59,700 nucleotides of DNA from an uncultured Methanosarcinales archaeon (GTDB lineage: Archaea > Nanobdellota > Nanobdellia > Woesearchaeales > CAZPJY01). The number at the start of each line of letters is the position of its first letter. The stretch's first letter is position 1. Positions 26,531 through 36,711 of this stretch are shown piece by piece. The stretch is taken from assembly GCA_964587045.1 (NCBI GenBank), contig CAZPJY010000006.1, positions 1 through 59,700 of the forward strand. The letters run 5' to 3'. The notes under the pieces are model-generated. The model did no database searches. It was not told where the DNA came from and worked only from the letters and a program-made list of their open reading frames with translations. The translations under genes and the position numbers were made by a program.

Positions 26531-27175
26531 ATGGAAGCCAGGGTCTCACGACTAAGAACTGCGGCCGAGGATATATACGAGCTTGTCCTTCGTCTGCCCT
26601 CAGCCCTGGAACATAAGCCGGGACAGTACGTCATGCTATCCTTCCCGGGCGATGATGAGAGCCGTGCCTACTCAATCGTAAGGGGAGGGAAAGAGATGAC
26701 GATATACTTCAAGGGACAGGGGTCATTCACATCCCGCATGGTGAAAGTCAGGAAAGGCGATACCATCAAAGTCAGGGGACCGTACGGGCGTTTCGTTCTC
26801 CCTCCAGGGGACGCCCGTATTGTCCTCGTCGCCGGAGGCATAGGCATCACTCCGCTGTACGCGATGGCGGCAGAGCTCGAAAGCACCCGCGCGGCCGATG
26901 CGGTCCTGTTCTACTCCGCCCGCACCCGCGCCTCGATGGCCCTGCTTGATGAGATATCCCGTTTCAGGCACGTCAAGGTGCACCTCCGCGCGACCAGGGA
27001 AGGCGACCAGCGGGTTGACGCCGAGTCAATAATGCGCGAGGTTCCTGAACTCGGAGCCGCCAATGTGTTCCTCTGCGGGCCTCCTGTGATGATCGAGAAC
27101 TTCAGGACGCAACTAACCGGCCTGGGCCTCCCCCCAGAAAGGATATGGAGCGAGGATTTCAATGGCACAGCGTGA
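26531..27175 (+). CDS. FAD/NAD(P)-binding oxidoreductase (FNR family)
   Basis: PGQY, RAYS, GPYG, AGGIGITP, CGPP. Confidence 0.9.
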   Translation: MEARVSRLRTAAEDIYELVLRLPSALEHKPGQYVMLSFPGDDESRAYSIVRGGKEMTIYFKGQGSFTSRMVKVRKGDTIKVRGPYGRFVLPPGDARIVLVAGGIGITPLYAMAAELESTRAADAVLFYSARTRASMALLDEISRFRHVKVHLRATREGDQRVDAESIMREVPELGAANVFLCGPPVMIENFRTQLTGLGLPPERIWSEDFNGTA

Positions 27176-27980
27176 CGTACCCATGATGGGCGGCACTGTG
27201 AGGTTCGTGCTCTACGATGTCGACGACTTCATAGGCAATGAGGTTTTAGACGCAGTGACCAAGGAAGGGCACAGACTGCAGAAAATCTTTAACCTTTATG
27301 ATCCTGACAGCGAGCTCTCGAGACTGAACTCCTCCCGCTCAGCTGATGTATCGGGCGAGATGCTTGAGGTCATCAGGACAGCCTTGGAGTTCTCCAGGCT
27401 CAGCCGCGGCAGGTACGACGTATCAAAAGGCATGGAGTTCCTAGCGCGAAAAGGCGGGAGGGAACTGCAACCTGTCAGCTGCACGTACAAGGACGTGAAT
27501 GTGACAGGCAATAGGGTGTCACTTCGCCACCCCGATGTTCTCATGGATTTGGGAAGCATCGCAAAGGGTTACATAGTCGACCGACTCGCGTATTTCCTGC
27601 GCGAACAGGGAGTCGAGTCGGCTTTCATAGACGCGAGAGGCGACATGCTGATTTTCGGGCAGCACCTGGAGGTGGTGGAGATTCAGCACCCGCGCGAACC
27701 TTCTAGCGCCGTTGCGACTGTGGTGCTGGAAAACGCTGCAATAGCGACTTCTGGGGATTATAATCAGTTCTGCGGCTCCTTTTCGAAGAGCCACATCGTC
27801 GGTGCTAATAAATTCGCGTCCTCCACTGTTATATCATCAAGCCTGATGGATGCCGACGCCAGGGCTACCTGCATGTTTCTGGGTGACCCTCAGACCGCCG
27901 CGCAGGGAAGGCCCGCCTTGGCAGTAACAGTTGAAGGGGCATTGATACCCATGAACGGCTTCCTTGAGGTGGGACGATGA
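27162..27980 (+). CDS. apbE: FAD:protein FMN transferase
   Basis: SELSRLN, DLGSIAKGYIVD, IQHPR, AIATSGDY, SHI, ADARAT. Confidence 0.9.
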   Translation: MAQRDVPMMGGTVRFVLYDVDDFIGNEVLDAVTKEGHRLQKIFNLYDPDSELSRLNSSRSADVSGEMLEVIRTALEFSRLSRGRYDVSKGMEFLARKGGRELQPVSCTYKDVNVTGNRVSLRHPDVLMDLGSIAKGYIVDRLAYFLREQGVESAFIDARGDMLIFGQHLEVVEIQHPREPSSAVATVVLENAAIATSGDYNQFCGSFSKSHIVGANKFASSTVISSSLMDADARATCMFLGDPQTAAQGRPALAVTVEGALIPMNGFLEVGR

Positions 27981-28861
27981 AGACGCGCACGCTCTTGCTA
28001 TTCAGTCTGCCCTTCATGATAATCTACATCGCGCTCTCCATCTCCCTCAGAACGAGCGAGGCCATATGGCTGCTGACTCGCGTGTTCGGCCTGCTGTCAT
28101 ACGCTTTCCTGTTTATGACCCTCCTGCTGGGCGAGGTGCGGATGCTCTCCAAGGTCAAGGGAGACGCGCCGCTCTTCCGCTTCCACACCCCGCTCGCGAT
28201 ATTTACCACCTTCCTCGTCGCCCTGCATTTCATATCCGCAGCAGCCGAAAGGTACAAGTGGGGAGTTGGGCTGAGTTTTACCGACTATCTGGGAGCGGCC
28301 TTTGGGGACAAGTGGCTGGTGCTCCTCTCCATGGGCACTCTGGCCTTCTACCTGATGCTCCTGATTGGCGCCACTTCCTCTTCTCTGGGCATGAGGGTTC
28401 TGAGGTACAAGAGGTGGAAGGTCGTACATTTCCTGAGCTACCTTGTATTCTTCATCGCATACGTTCACAGCGTCAATCTCGGAACAGACATTAAGACATC
28501 CATACTCGCCCCATTCATCAAGCCTCTCATCCTGGCGTCGTTTGTGATCATACTAGCTATGCTCTTGACGCGGGTCCTCAAAAGCCTGCGTGTGTTCCGG
28601 GCTGCAGAGGACGCGCAGCTGGCTGCGGTATTCTTCATAATCCTCATCGGCGGAGCAGTAATCGGGGCTGCGATGCTCCAGTCAGGTGAGGACAGGGTCT
28701 CGTCAATTACAGCAGACATCGCTGCGACAAGGAGTGATGTGGACAAGATGATAATCGAGACTGCCCGCATCGGTGACCTGAACACGCAAATACAGAGGCA
28801 GGTCGAGCAGACGGTGCTCAACAACACACTTTTGCAGACAGGAGGTGCTCCGAATGGATGA
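27977..28861 (+). CDS. Ferric reductase-like (MsrQ-like) heme-binding membrane protein
   Basis: Multiple TMs; FH...LH and WKVVHFLSY...YVH His pairs. Confidence 0.8.
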   Translation: MKTRTLLLFSLPFMIIYIALSISLRTSEAIWLLTRVFGLLSYAFLFMTLLLGEVRMLSKVKGDAPLFRFHTPLAIFTTFLVALHFISAAAERYKWGVGLSFTDYLGAAFGDKWLVLLSMGTLAFYLMLLIGATSSSLGMRVLRYKRWKVVHFLSYLVFFIAYVHSVNLGTDIKTSILAPFIKPLILASFVIILAMLLTRVLKSLRVFRAAEDAQLAAVFFIILIGGAVIGAAMLQSGEDRVSSITADIAATRSDVDKMIIETARIGDLNTQIQRQVEQTVLNNTLLQTGGAPNG

Positions 28862-29315
28862 GGACAATGGCACGGGAAGGATGGCCTGGGGTGCAGCGAC
28901 TGTGATGCTCATACTGATCTACATTGCCGGAGCGGTTTATCAGAGCACCGATTTCTCCAGGCGCGAGCAGGGACTGATGGAACAGTTCGCTGTACTTGAG
29001 AGCCGCAGGCAGGAACTCACCCAAAAGATGATAGACATCCAGAGCACGCAGGTCATGCTTCAGGCCCAGCTCGAGAGGGAGACGGACTCTTTGAGGCGTA
29101 CAGAGCTCATGATGCAGCTGTCTGATGCGACGAAGGCGCAGGAAGCCCAGGCCCTGCTCGATGCGCAGGCTGAGCAAGTACGCATCGCGGCAGAACAGGC
29201 TGCGCAATTGCAAGCCCAACAGCTTGAACAGGCTAGACTGGAAGCGCTCCGCAGGCAGCAGGAGCTGGCTGCCAAGGTCGCTGTTACCGTGAAACCGAGG
29301 ACTCGCGCCTCCTGA
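28854..29315 (+). CDS. Membrane-anchored coiled-coil protein ending in TRAS
   Basis: N-terminal TM, Q/A-rich coiled coil, C-terminal KPRTRAS. Confidence 0.7.
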   Translation: MDEDNGTGRMAWGAATVMLILIYIAGAVYQSTDFSRREQGLMEQFAVLESRRQELTQKMIDIQSTQVMLQAQLERETDSLRRTELMMQLSDATKAQEAQALLDAQAEQVRIAAEQAAQLQAQQLEQARLEALRRQQELAAKVAVTVKPRTRAS

Positions 29316-29354
29316 ATCGAAAGCATTAAGAATCTGAGCCCTAAGCCACATCCC

Positions 29355-29981
29355 ATGGTAAAGGTGCTTGTTTTCGGGGACAGCATCACCTGGGGTGCGT
29401 TCGACCTGGAGAAAGGGGGCTGGGCCGATAGGCTGAAGACACACTTCCTGAAGGGCTATTCAGAGTGGGGAATCCAGGTCTACAACCTAGGTGTCTCTTC
29501 TAACGACACCAGGGGGGTCCTGCAGTTCCTGGAGCAGGAGATAGCTAGGATCGCCAAGATCGAGCCCGAGGACAACATCCTCCTCTTCTCGATAGGAACC
29601 AACGACCCTAGATACTTGGACAGGAAGGGCAACTACTATGTGCCTTTGGGCGAGTTCGAGCAGAACCTGAAGAGAATCATATCCGTAGGGCGCAAGCACT
29701 CGGACAGGCTGATTTTCACAGGGCTCATGAAAGTCGACGAACGACTAACCAAGCCGTGGAAGGAAAACGAGTACTGGGAGAACGAGGACCTTGAGAGGTA
29801 CGACAGGACGCTCAGGTCGGTCTGCAGGAGCGAGAAGGTCGACTTCATACCTCTTTGGGAGGTCATAGGGGAAAACGACTTGTGCGACGGCCTCCATCCC
29901 GACGCCGGAGGCCATGAGAAGATATTCCGCAAGGTCTTGGAGTACTTCGAGCAGAGCAACCTAATCCGCGCTTATTCATAG
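29355..29981 (+). CDS. SGNH/GDSL hydrolase
   Basis: FGDSITWG, NLGVS, GTND, DGLHP. Confidence 0.9.
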   Translation: MVKVLVFGDSITWGAFDLEKGGWADRLKTHFLKGYSEWGIQVYNLGVSSNDTRGVLQFLEQEIARIAKIEPEDNILLFSIGTNDPRYLDRKGNYYVPLGEFEQNLKRIISVGRKHSDRLIFTGLMKVDERLTKPWKENEYWENEDLERYDRTLRSVCRSEKVDFIPLWEVIGENDLCDGLHPDAGGHEKIFRKVLEYFEQSNLIRAYS

Positions 29982-29991
29982 AGGTGGTAAC

Positions 29992-30624
29992 ATGAACAAA
30001 TCATTGTTCTTCGGAATCCTTTTCCTGGGATCCGTGTGGGGCATACTTGAGGCTACCATGGGAAACATCCTGCACTGGATCGGATTTTTTCCTGGGACGG
30101 GAATGGTGATGACGTCAATCGGGATAGGCATTATGTCGTTCGCACGCGCGTTCTACAGGAAGGCCGGGTTGGGAATCGCGCTGGGAGCCATCGCTGCGGC
30201 CTTCAAGGCCTTGGACTTCCTCGTGCCCGGCAGCAACGTGCTCCGTCCGATGGCTGCAATCATACTGACCGCCCTCGCATTCGAGGCCGTGACGACGCTG
30301 GCTGACAGGTGGAGGGAGACCGTTCCTAGGAACCTCCTGACAGGTGCTGCGGCCGGCTACGTGTCAATCGCCGCTTTCGCATTTTTCACAGCCTATGTCA
30401 TGCGGTTCGACTACTGGCTGGGCAAGGGCTTCGCCGGCATCATCAGGTATCTCCTTTACGAGGAGTGGACCTTCGCGCTCGGAGGCCTCATCATGCTCAC
30501 CCTTGGCTCATATCTGGCCTCGAGGTTCAGGATCCCGCTCAGGAAGACGGTGGCGCTGCGCCAGTTCCACTATGCGGCGGGCGCTGTCGCTGTAGGTCTG
30601 TTCATAATCGCGGCGGTGGTCTAA
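29992..30624 (+). CDS. Multi-pass membrane protein (ECF S-component-like)
   Basis: About six TMs in 210 aa. Confidence 0.55.
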   Translation: MNKSLFFGILFLGSVWGILEATMGNILHWIGFFPGTGMVMTSIGIGIMSFARAFYRKAGLGIALGAIAAAFKALDFLVPGSNVLRPMAAIILTALAFEAVTTLADRWRETVPRNLLTGAAAGYVSIAAFAFFTAYVMRFDYWLGKGFAGIIRYLLYEEWTFALGGLIMLTLGSYLASRFRIPLRKTVALRQFHYAAGAVAVGLFIIAAVV

Positions 30625-30625
30625 A

Positions 30626-31858
30626 ATGAGGAAAGAGATTGCTCTTCTCCTGCTCCCACTGCTGATAGGGTGCACGCCAGCACAGGACCCAGGCGTCCAG
30701 GAACTGAGCCTTCTATTCCGCGGACAGGAGCAGGTAGTGCAGAAGGCGAGCGTTCCTCTGACTGACCTCATAAAGGATGTCAATCTCGGAGATCCCAACG
30801 GCTACGTCTACACTCTCAAGGGGGACAGGTCCGCGACGATTACGTACGACGAGTTCTCCCGCGGCAGGATTGTCGGAAACGGACTGGAGTTTGACGGAAT
30901 AATCTGCGAGTGCGCCGACATCAAAAACCTGTCAGGCATCGAGATCTACCCTGCCATCACTGTGAGGAACGGGCAACGCGAGTGGATCGCGACTGGAGAC
31001 CTCGCCACGTTCATCCGGGAATATGTGACCAAGACCCCCGAAGCCTACACCTACAGGGTCAACGCTAGCGACCCCGTCGCCCTGACTGACCTCTCCGTGG
31101 ACCAGCGCGCTTTGGTCACCATGGTCAGGCCTGAGGGCGCTGTGGAAGTCATGTTCAACGGCGAGGAACGCTCGTCCCTGTTCACCAATACATCTCTTGA
31201 GGAAAAAATACGTAAGGTCGTGGCCAAGCCGGAGGACTACTTGTACTCGCAGAACGGAACTTGGGTCGAGTTAAAGGACCTAGCAGATGGGGATGTCGTG
31301 CTCGCAAGGAAGGTGATCTACGTTGACGGCGAGCCCAAAGAGGTCAGCGTCCGTGACGACACCGCGCTTGCAGGTTTGGTGGGGGTCGAGAACCCATCTG
31401 ATTTCGGCTACGTGCTGACTTCGTCCGGCGGATTCTCCCCCCCTCCCCTCTCCTGGGAAGACTTCAAGGAGGGGGTTTGGCATGCGAAGGGGCAGGTGGC
31501 TGATTACCCGAAACTCTCTGCGAAATACGCGGTTCGCGACCTCGAATCGATCACCCTCATAAACGGCTCGGCGAGCCTGGTTCCCGACGAGATCATGATA
31601 GACGACATAGTCGGCCGCCTCACCCCTATCGAATACGACGGCCAGAGGGCTGTCTTGCTCTCGAGCTTTATCGGGATCGACCATCCCGAGACTCATGAGT
31701 ACAAGCTCATTGCAGACGACGGCTACAGCCCGGAGCCATACTCTTGGGATGACATGCAGCAGGGCTACTGGCTCCTGGACAGGAAGGAGACACTCTTTCC
31801 GAACAAGGACATCGGCAAGAACCGGATCCGGGACCTGGAGAGGATCGTGATCCAATGA
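30626..31858 (+). CDS. Putative lipoprotein with repeated domains
   Basis: LLIGC lipobox; internal repeats (SWEDFKEG / SWDDMQQG; VRDLESI / IRDLERI). Confidence 0.65.
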   Translation: MRKEIALLLLPLLIGCTPAQDPGVQELSLLFRGQEQVVQKASVPLTDLIKDVNLGDPNGYVYTLKGDRSATITYDEFSRGRIVGNGLEFDGIICECADIKNLSGIEIYPAITVRNGQREWIATGDLATFIREYVTKTPEAYTYRVNASDPVALTDLSVDQRALVTMVRPEGAVEVMFNGEERSSLFTNTSLEEKIRKVVAKPEDYLYSQNGTWVELKDLADGDVVLARKVIYVDGEPKEVSVRDDTALAGLVGVENPSDFGYVLTSSGGFSPPPLSWEDFKEGVWHAKGQVADYPKLSAKYAVRDLESITLINGSASLVPDEIMIDDIVGRLTPIEYDGQRAVLLSSFIGIDHPETHEYKLIADDGYSPEPYSWDDMQQGYWLLDRKETLFPNKDIGKNRIRDLERIVIQ

Positions 31859-32352
31859 GGATAATACTCTCATCGAAGCAGCATGTAGGGAAGACCACCG
31901 CGTGCGAAAAGCTCGTCGCGCTTCTTGAGACCGATGGGGTGCGCTGCGGAGGCATTCTCTGCCTGGGCGATGAGGTCCGCGACCTCGCCGGAGGGAGCAT
32001 GCGCTTCCTTCACCATGAGGAAACAGATGATTCAGTTAAGGTTGGGAGGTTTTGGATAGGGAGGGACGCCCTGGATTTCGCCGAGAGGGCCATCCTCTCG
32101 TCCGTCGCCAAGGGACACCTGACCTTCGTCGACGAGTACGGCATGCTGGAGTGGAGGATGCAGGGCCTGCACCGGGCGACGGAGAAAGCGCTGGAGCGGG
32201 GCAGGGCCGTAATTCTGGTCAGGGAGACGCTCCTTGAGAGGTTCCTTGAGAGGTTCAAGGCTTACCGGTTCGAGATCTTCGTGCTGGATGAGGGCAACCG
32301 GGACATCCTGCCAGTCGAGATGAAAGTTTTGATATCCTCCTCGCTGAGCTGA
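31855..32352 (+). CDS. THEP1-like NTPase
   Basis: HVGKTT Walker A, VDEYGMLE. Confidence 0.75.
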   Translation: MRIILSSKQHVGKTTACEKLVALLETDGVRCGGILCLGDEVRDLAGGSMRFLHHEETDDSVKVGRFWIGRDALDFAERAILSSVAKGHLTFVDEYGMLEWRMQGLHRATEKALERGRAVILVRETLLERFLERFKAYRFEIFVLDEGNRDILPVEMKVLISSSLS

Positions 32353-33272
32353 GCTGGCTGGATCCAATCCCTCCATTTCTTGTTGTGCACAACCTGCCTG
32401 GTTCGGTCGCTCCATTCGACAGGCTGGTCAGGCAGGTACATGTACATGACGTACTTTGGGTCCCTCTCATGGTCCCACCTGAAGAAGTGCGTGATCTCGT
32501 GCCTGGCTGCCTCGAACAGGCCGGCTCTGGTTTCCGACCCCACGTTGAACAGGGCTGCGAGGCCCAGATCGAACTTGCAGATGCCCCCGTTGAAGACCAG
32601 CTCGCCGTTTTTCACCTGCCCATGCTCGCTCGACGAGTAGATGATGGACAGGTCCGCATCCTTGCGGGCTGCCCAAATCCGGTTGAGGTTGGAATCATAG
32701 AGAAGGTTTGACCCGCCGCGGACCACCCTGTTTTCAACCAGGCGTATTCCGAACTCCTTTTCGATGTGGTCGGAAACCTCGGCGAAGTTGCTTTCCGCAA
32801 TCTCCTCCCCGGCTTCGCTCAGCTTGTTGTAGTAGACATCCACCATCAGCTTGCGCGTCAGCCCGTACAGGCTGTCGTATGTCTGCTTGGTCAGGTCCGC
32901 CAGGTCCAGGACTTGGGACACTTCCTCTTCAGCCATGGCTCTTGGATGGTACCGGCCGTCCAGCCTGCCGTCTGCTGAGTCCAACGCGGCCAGCTCGAGG
33001 CGCATCCTGGGCAGGAGCACACCCAGTCTGCCGAGATAATCACTTGAAAGCCGCTCCTCGACGAATGAGCATCCTTCGAAGGTCGGAATCATCCTTTCCA
33101 CTCGGCGCATGGTGCTCTCCACAACCATCAGGTGCTCCTTTAGGGGCTCCCTCATGGACAGCACCCTCTGCTCGACGCCATAGACTCTTGCTGAATCGAC
33201 TACCCTGTCCTGTATCCCGCCTGCGTAGCCGAGGGTTGCGAAGGCAGCGATCATGAGCGCTGTTTTCCTCAT
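32262..33272 (-). CDS. Secreted metzincin/matrixin-like metalloprotease
   Basis: Signal peptide; HEITHFFRWDH followed by a YVMY Met-turn. Confidence 0.65.
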   Translation of the reverse strand: MRKTALMIAAFATLGYAGGIQDRVVDSARVYGVEQRVLSMREPLKEHLMVVESTMRRVERMIPTFEGCSFVEERLSSDYLGRLGVLLPRMRLELAALDSADGRLDGRYHPRAMAEEEVSQVLDLADLTKQTYDSLYGLTRKLMVDVYYNKLSEAGEEIAESNFAEVSDHIEKEFGIRLVENRVVRGGSNLLYDSNLNRIWAARKDADLSIIYSSSEHGQVKNGELVFNGGICKFDLGLAALFNVGSETRAGLFEAARHEITHFFRWDHERDPKYVMYMYLPDQPVEWSDRTRQVVHNKKWRDWIQPAQLSEEDIKTFISTGRMSRLPSSSTKISNR

Positions 33273-33350
33273 GTGGGGGCTGGTCTTCTCTGTCTTTATA
33301 TAAAACTTAAGCTTATATATAGGCGGATTCTCCCGCACGAGGAGGGATTG

Positions 33351-33776
33351 ATGATGGCACTTGAAGCATGCACAGAAGCGTTGATATTGAAAGCGGAATA
33401 TTCCGGGAGGTTAAGCTTCATCATGATTAGCTTGGCGGATGATCTGATTAAAAGCACAGGCAGCATCCAGGCCGCAGTTACTAAAGCCTATGAGACCAAT
33501 ACCCATGCGCATAACTGCCTGAGGCAGTTCTCTGAGCTTCCGGAAGTTACACAGAACATTGACGAGACCAAGTTCATAGGTCTAGCTATTCGGGATTACC
33601 TGCCCTCCTACTACGCCCTAAGGGGCATTTATGACGCCATGAAGAACGGCGAGCCGGTTTACAGGCAAATCTTTGCCGAGACCCTGAAGCAGGTGGTAGT
33701 CCACCAAAAAGGCATCGAAATCGCCCTCGGGGAAGTCTTTCACCACGACATAAATAGCATGCTTGGCTTGTCATAA
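33351..33776 (+). CDS. Hypothetical protein
   Basis: GGAGG upstream of the ATG; helical composition. Confidence 0.5.
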   Translation: MMALEACTEALILKAEYSGRLSFIMISLADDLIKSTGSIQAAVTKAYETNTHAHNCLRQFSELPEVTQNIDETKFIGLAIRDYLPSYYALRGIYDAMKNGEPVYRQIFAETLKQVVVHQKGIEIALGEVFHHDINSMLGLS

Positions 33777-33812
33777 CAACATTTATAAAGGGAAAGTTGT
33801 TCCCCTCATCAG

Positions 33813-33864
33813 ACACGGAGACCTCGTGTAAATCCCGCGGAACTACCGCCTGGGGAGGCGGTAG
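33813..33864 (+). promoter_or_regulatory. Structured 5' leader of the rpl1 operon
   Basis: TTTATAAA at 33782; hairpins ACACG/CGTGT (33813-33829) and CTACCGCCT-gggg-AGGCGGTAG (33843-33864). Confidence 0.45.
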
Positions 33865-33879
33865 GAGGGGTGAGGTGCC

Positions 33880-34530
33880 ATGGAAAAGAAACAGGTTTTA
33901 GAAGCCCTACAGAAGCTGACTAAGGACGCGAAGGAGCGAAAGTTCGCACAGAGTGTAGACCTCATAGTCAATCTGAAGAACATCGACATGAAGAAGGCGG
34001 ATCAGCAGGTTGACTTCTACGCGCTTCTCCACCACACGGTCGGAAAGAAGCTCTCTGTCTGCGCCCTCATCGGGGGTGAGCTCGCGTCTGAAGCCAAGAA
34101 CACCTGCGACGAGTCCATTGGCGAAAGGGAATTCGACACCTATGCCAAAGACAAAAAGGCCTCCAAGAAACTAGCCGCAAAGCACCAGTGGTTCATAGCC
34201 CAAGCGGACATCATGCCCAAGGTCGCGCAGGCCTTCGGACGCGTGCTGGGCTCAAGGGGCAAGATGCCGAACCCAAAAGCGGGGTGCATCGTCCCTCCCA
34301 AGACCAGCCTGAAGCCGCTGTATGATAAGCTGCAGAAGACCGTCAGGATTAAGACGAAGAACCAGCCGGTCCTGCACATGAAGGTCGGGACCATCGGCCA
34401 AAAAGAGGATGAGATTGCCGATAACATAATGACAGTTTACGATCAGATAATACACCACCTACCTCAGGAGGAGAACAACATAAGGTCGGTTTTCCTCAAG
34501 CTAACCATGAGCAAGCCGGTCAAACTATAG
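33880..34530 (+). CDS. rpl1: 50S ribosomal protein uL1
   Basis: RKFAQSVDLIVNLK, GRVLGSRGKMPNPKAG, KLTMSKP. Confidence 0.95.
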   Translation: MEKKQVLEALQKLTKDAKERKFAQSVDLIVNLKNIDMKKADQQVDFYALLHHTVGKKLSVCALIGGELASEAKNTCDESIGEREFDTYAKDKKASKKLAAKHQWFIAQADIMPKVAQAFGRVLGSRGKMPNPKAGCIVPPKTSLKPLYDKLQKTVRIKTKNQPVLHMKVGTIGQKEDEIADNIMTVYDQIIHHLPQEENNIRSVFLKLTMSKPVKL

Positions 34531-34534
34531 GAAA

Positions 34535-35383
34535 ATGGCACACGTCGCAAAGCACAAGATTGGGACCGTCTCCGAACTGGAGAAGCTGTTCACGTCGAAC
34601 CCGATAATCGGAACTGTGGACATGGAGAACATGCCAACGCCGCAGCTGCAGATCATGAGAGCTCAGCTCAGGGGCAAGGTTCAGATAAAGGTGGCGAAGC
34701 GACGATTGATCAAGATAGCTATCGAGAACTGCAAGGACAAGGTCAAAGGCCTCGATCAGCTCAACAGGAAGCTTCGAGGGATGCCTGGGGTAATCGCCAC
34801 AAGCGAGAACCCTTTCAGGATATTCAGGACCATCCAGGCAAGCAAGTCGCCGGCCCCTGCCAAGGCTGGCCAGACCGCTCCCAGGGACATCACGGTCAAG
34901 GCAGGTCCCACCCCATTCATGCCCGGTCCGATAATCGGGGAGCTCGGCTCTCTAGGGATACAGACCGGCATCGAGAACGGCAAGGTTGCCATCAAGGCGG
35001 ACAAGATTGTCGTAAAGGAGGGCGAGGAGATCAGCGCGAATGTCGCTGGCTTGTTATCAAGGCTTGGAATCCAGCCCATGGAGATCGGGCTGAACATCGT
35101 GACGATGCTAGAGGACGGCGTGACTTACGACGCGAAGGTCCTCAACGTTGATGAGAAGGAGTATTTAGACAACATCGGCCAGGCTGCGCGCTGGGCGCTC
35201 AACCTGGCTGTCGAATCGGGTTTCCCAACTGCTGAGACCGTGCAGATACTCATAATGAAGGCTGCGCAGGAGTCGCGCAACCTTTCAGTCTCTGAGGGGA
35301 TTCCGACTCAGATGACGATAGGACTGCTGCTGGGCAGAGCCGAGGCCGAAGCGGCAGGTTTGAAAGGGACGGTCGGCCAATGA
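34535..35383 (+). CDS. rpl10: 50S ribosomal protein uL10 (P0)
   Basis: LQIMRAQLRG, PAKAGQTAP, GPTPFMPGP. Confidence 0.95.
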   Translation: MAHVAKHKIGTVSELEKLFTSNPIIGTVDMENMPTPQLQIMRAQLRGKVQIKVAKRRLIKIAIENCKDKVKGLDQLNRKLRGMPGVIATSENPFRIFRTIQASKSPAPAKAGQTAPRDITVKAGPTPFMPGPIIGELGSLGIQTGIENGKVAIKADKIVVKEGEEISANVAGLLSRLGIQPMEIGLNIVTMLEDGVTYDAKVLNVDEKEYLDNIGQAARWALNLAVESGFPTAETVQILIMKAAQESRNLSVSEGIPTQMTIGLLLGRAEAEAAGLKGTVGQ

Positions 35384-35404
35384 TATTTACATGGAGGGAT
35401 TGAA

Positions 35405-35719
35405 ATGGAGTACATCTATGCTGCAATGCTCTTGCACAAAGCGGGCAAGAAAATCGATGAGGCTTCAGTAAAAAAGGTGCTGGAAGCTGCAGGAGTCAAG
35501 TCTGATGAATCTCGAATAAAGGCTCTCGTCGCAGCCCTTGAGGGGGTCAACATCGACGAGGCAATCGAGAAGAGCGCGGCTGTGGCTGCGCCGGCGGCTG
35601 CGCCAGCAGCTGCTGCAGGGGAGGCCTCCGCCTCTGAACCGAAGGCAGAGGAGAAGCCGAAAGAGGACAAGAAATCCGAAGAGGAAGCTGCAGCCGGGCT
35701 GGGAGCACTATTCGGTTAA
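35405..35719 (+). CDS. rpl12: 50S ribosomal stalk protein L12 (aP1)
   Basis: [11 protein letters not shown]...[13 protein letters not shown]. Confidence 0.97.
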   Translation: MEYIYAAMLLHKAGKKIDEASVKKVLEAAGVKSDESRIKALVAALEGVNIDEAIEKSAAVAAPAAAPAAAAGEASASEPKAEEKPKEDKKSEEEAAAGLGALFG

Positions 35720-35769
35720 AAGATCACAGGGAGGGGATTTTTTCCCCTTCAAAGAGTTCGTGAGTGGAC

Positions 35770-36711
35770 ATGCCTGAAGATAACAAGGAGATCGTGCAAC
35801 AAATACTTGCAGTCAAAAAGGAAATCAATGCCTTAAGGACCAGCCTCAATGAGATAAATCAGGAGAAGGAGACCTGGTTCGAGAAGAAGGAATCTTATTC
35901 TAGTGAGATAAGGAAGCTTATCGGCAATGTGAAGAGCGCGAAAGGCGAGCGCAACCAGTATACAACCGAGGTCAAGGAAGCCAAGACCCACAGGAAGAAG
36001 TTCAACGACGAGATCCGGAAGAAGATAACCGAGATCAAGAAGCTCAAGGACGAGCGGGACTCGTTGCTTAAGGACTCTAGGGTCAGGTTCGATCCGCTGA
36101 GGCTGAAGAAGGAGATTGATGGGCTGGAGTACAAGATTGAGACCCAACCCATGTCCTTCGAGGCCGAGAAGAGGACCATGGCCCGGATCAAGGACATGAA
36201 GCGCGAGCTCGAGGGCTCCAAGGGGATCGTCGATGTCAGCGAGAACATCAGGAAGCTGTCCCGCGAGATAAGGGACCTCAAGAAGCAGGCCGACGAGGTC
36301 CATGCCAAGATCCAGAAGAAGGCGGCTGAGAGCCAGACCAAGCATGAGGAGATGCTGGCCAAGTCTGGTGTGATTGACGAGCTCAAGGCCAAGGAGGAGG
36401 AGGCCTATAAGAAGTTCTTCGAGCTCAAGCAGAAGTTCACAGAGATCAACAACCAGCTAAAGGAGAAACTCGGTGAGCTGAACGGCCTCACCGATCAGGT
36501 CAACCAGATCAAGGCCAAGAAGAAGAAGGAGCGCCATGACAAGGAGGAAAAGGAGCTCAAGGACAAGGAGAAGGTGGTCGAGGAGAAGATACAGAAGGGC
36601 AAGAAGCTGACCACTGAGGACCTGCTCCTGTTCCAGAAGATGGAGGCCGGAAAGGAAGAGTCCTCCCCCGAAGAGAAACCTAAGCCGAAGAAAAAATCCT
36701 CAAAGAAGTAA
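35770..36711 (+). CDS. Archaeal coiled-coil protein (COG1340-like)
   Basis: Long K/E coiled coil; LEYKIETQ, KGKKLTTEDLL. Confidence 0.75.
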   Translation: MPEDNKEIVQQILAVKKEINALRTSLNEINQEKETWFEKKESYSSEIRKLIGNVKSAKGERNQYTTEVKEAKTHRKKFNDEIRKKITEIKKLKDERDSLLKDSRVRFDPLRLKKEIDGLEYKIETQPMSFEAEKRTMARIKDMKRELEGSKGIVDVSENIRKLSREIRDLKKQADEVHAKIQKKAAESQTKHEEMLAKSGVIDELKAKEEEAYKKFFELKQKFTEINNQLKEKLGELNGLTDQVNQIKAKKKKERHDKEEKELKDKEKVVEEKIQKGKKLTTEDLLLFQKMEAGKEESSPEEKPKPKKKSSKK

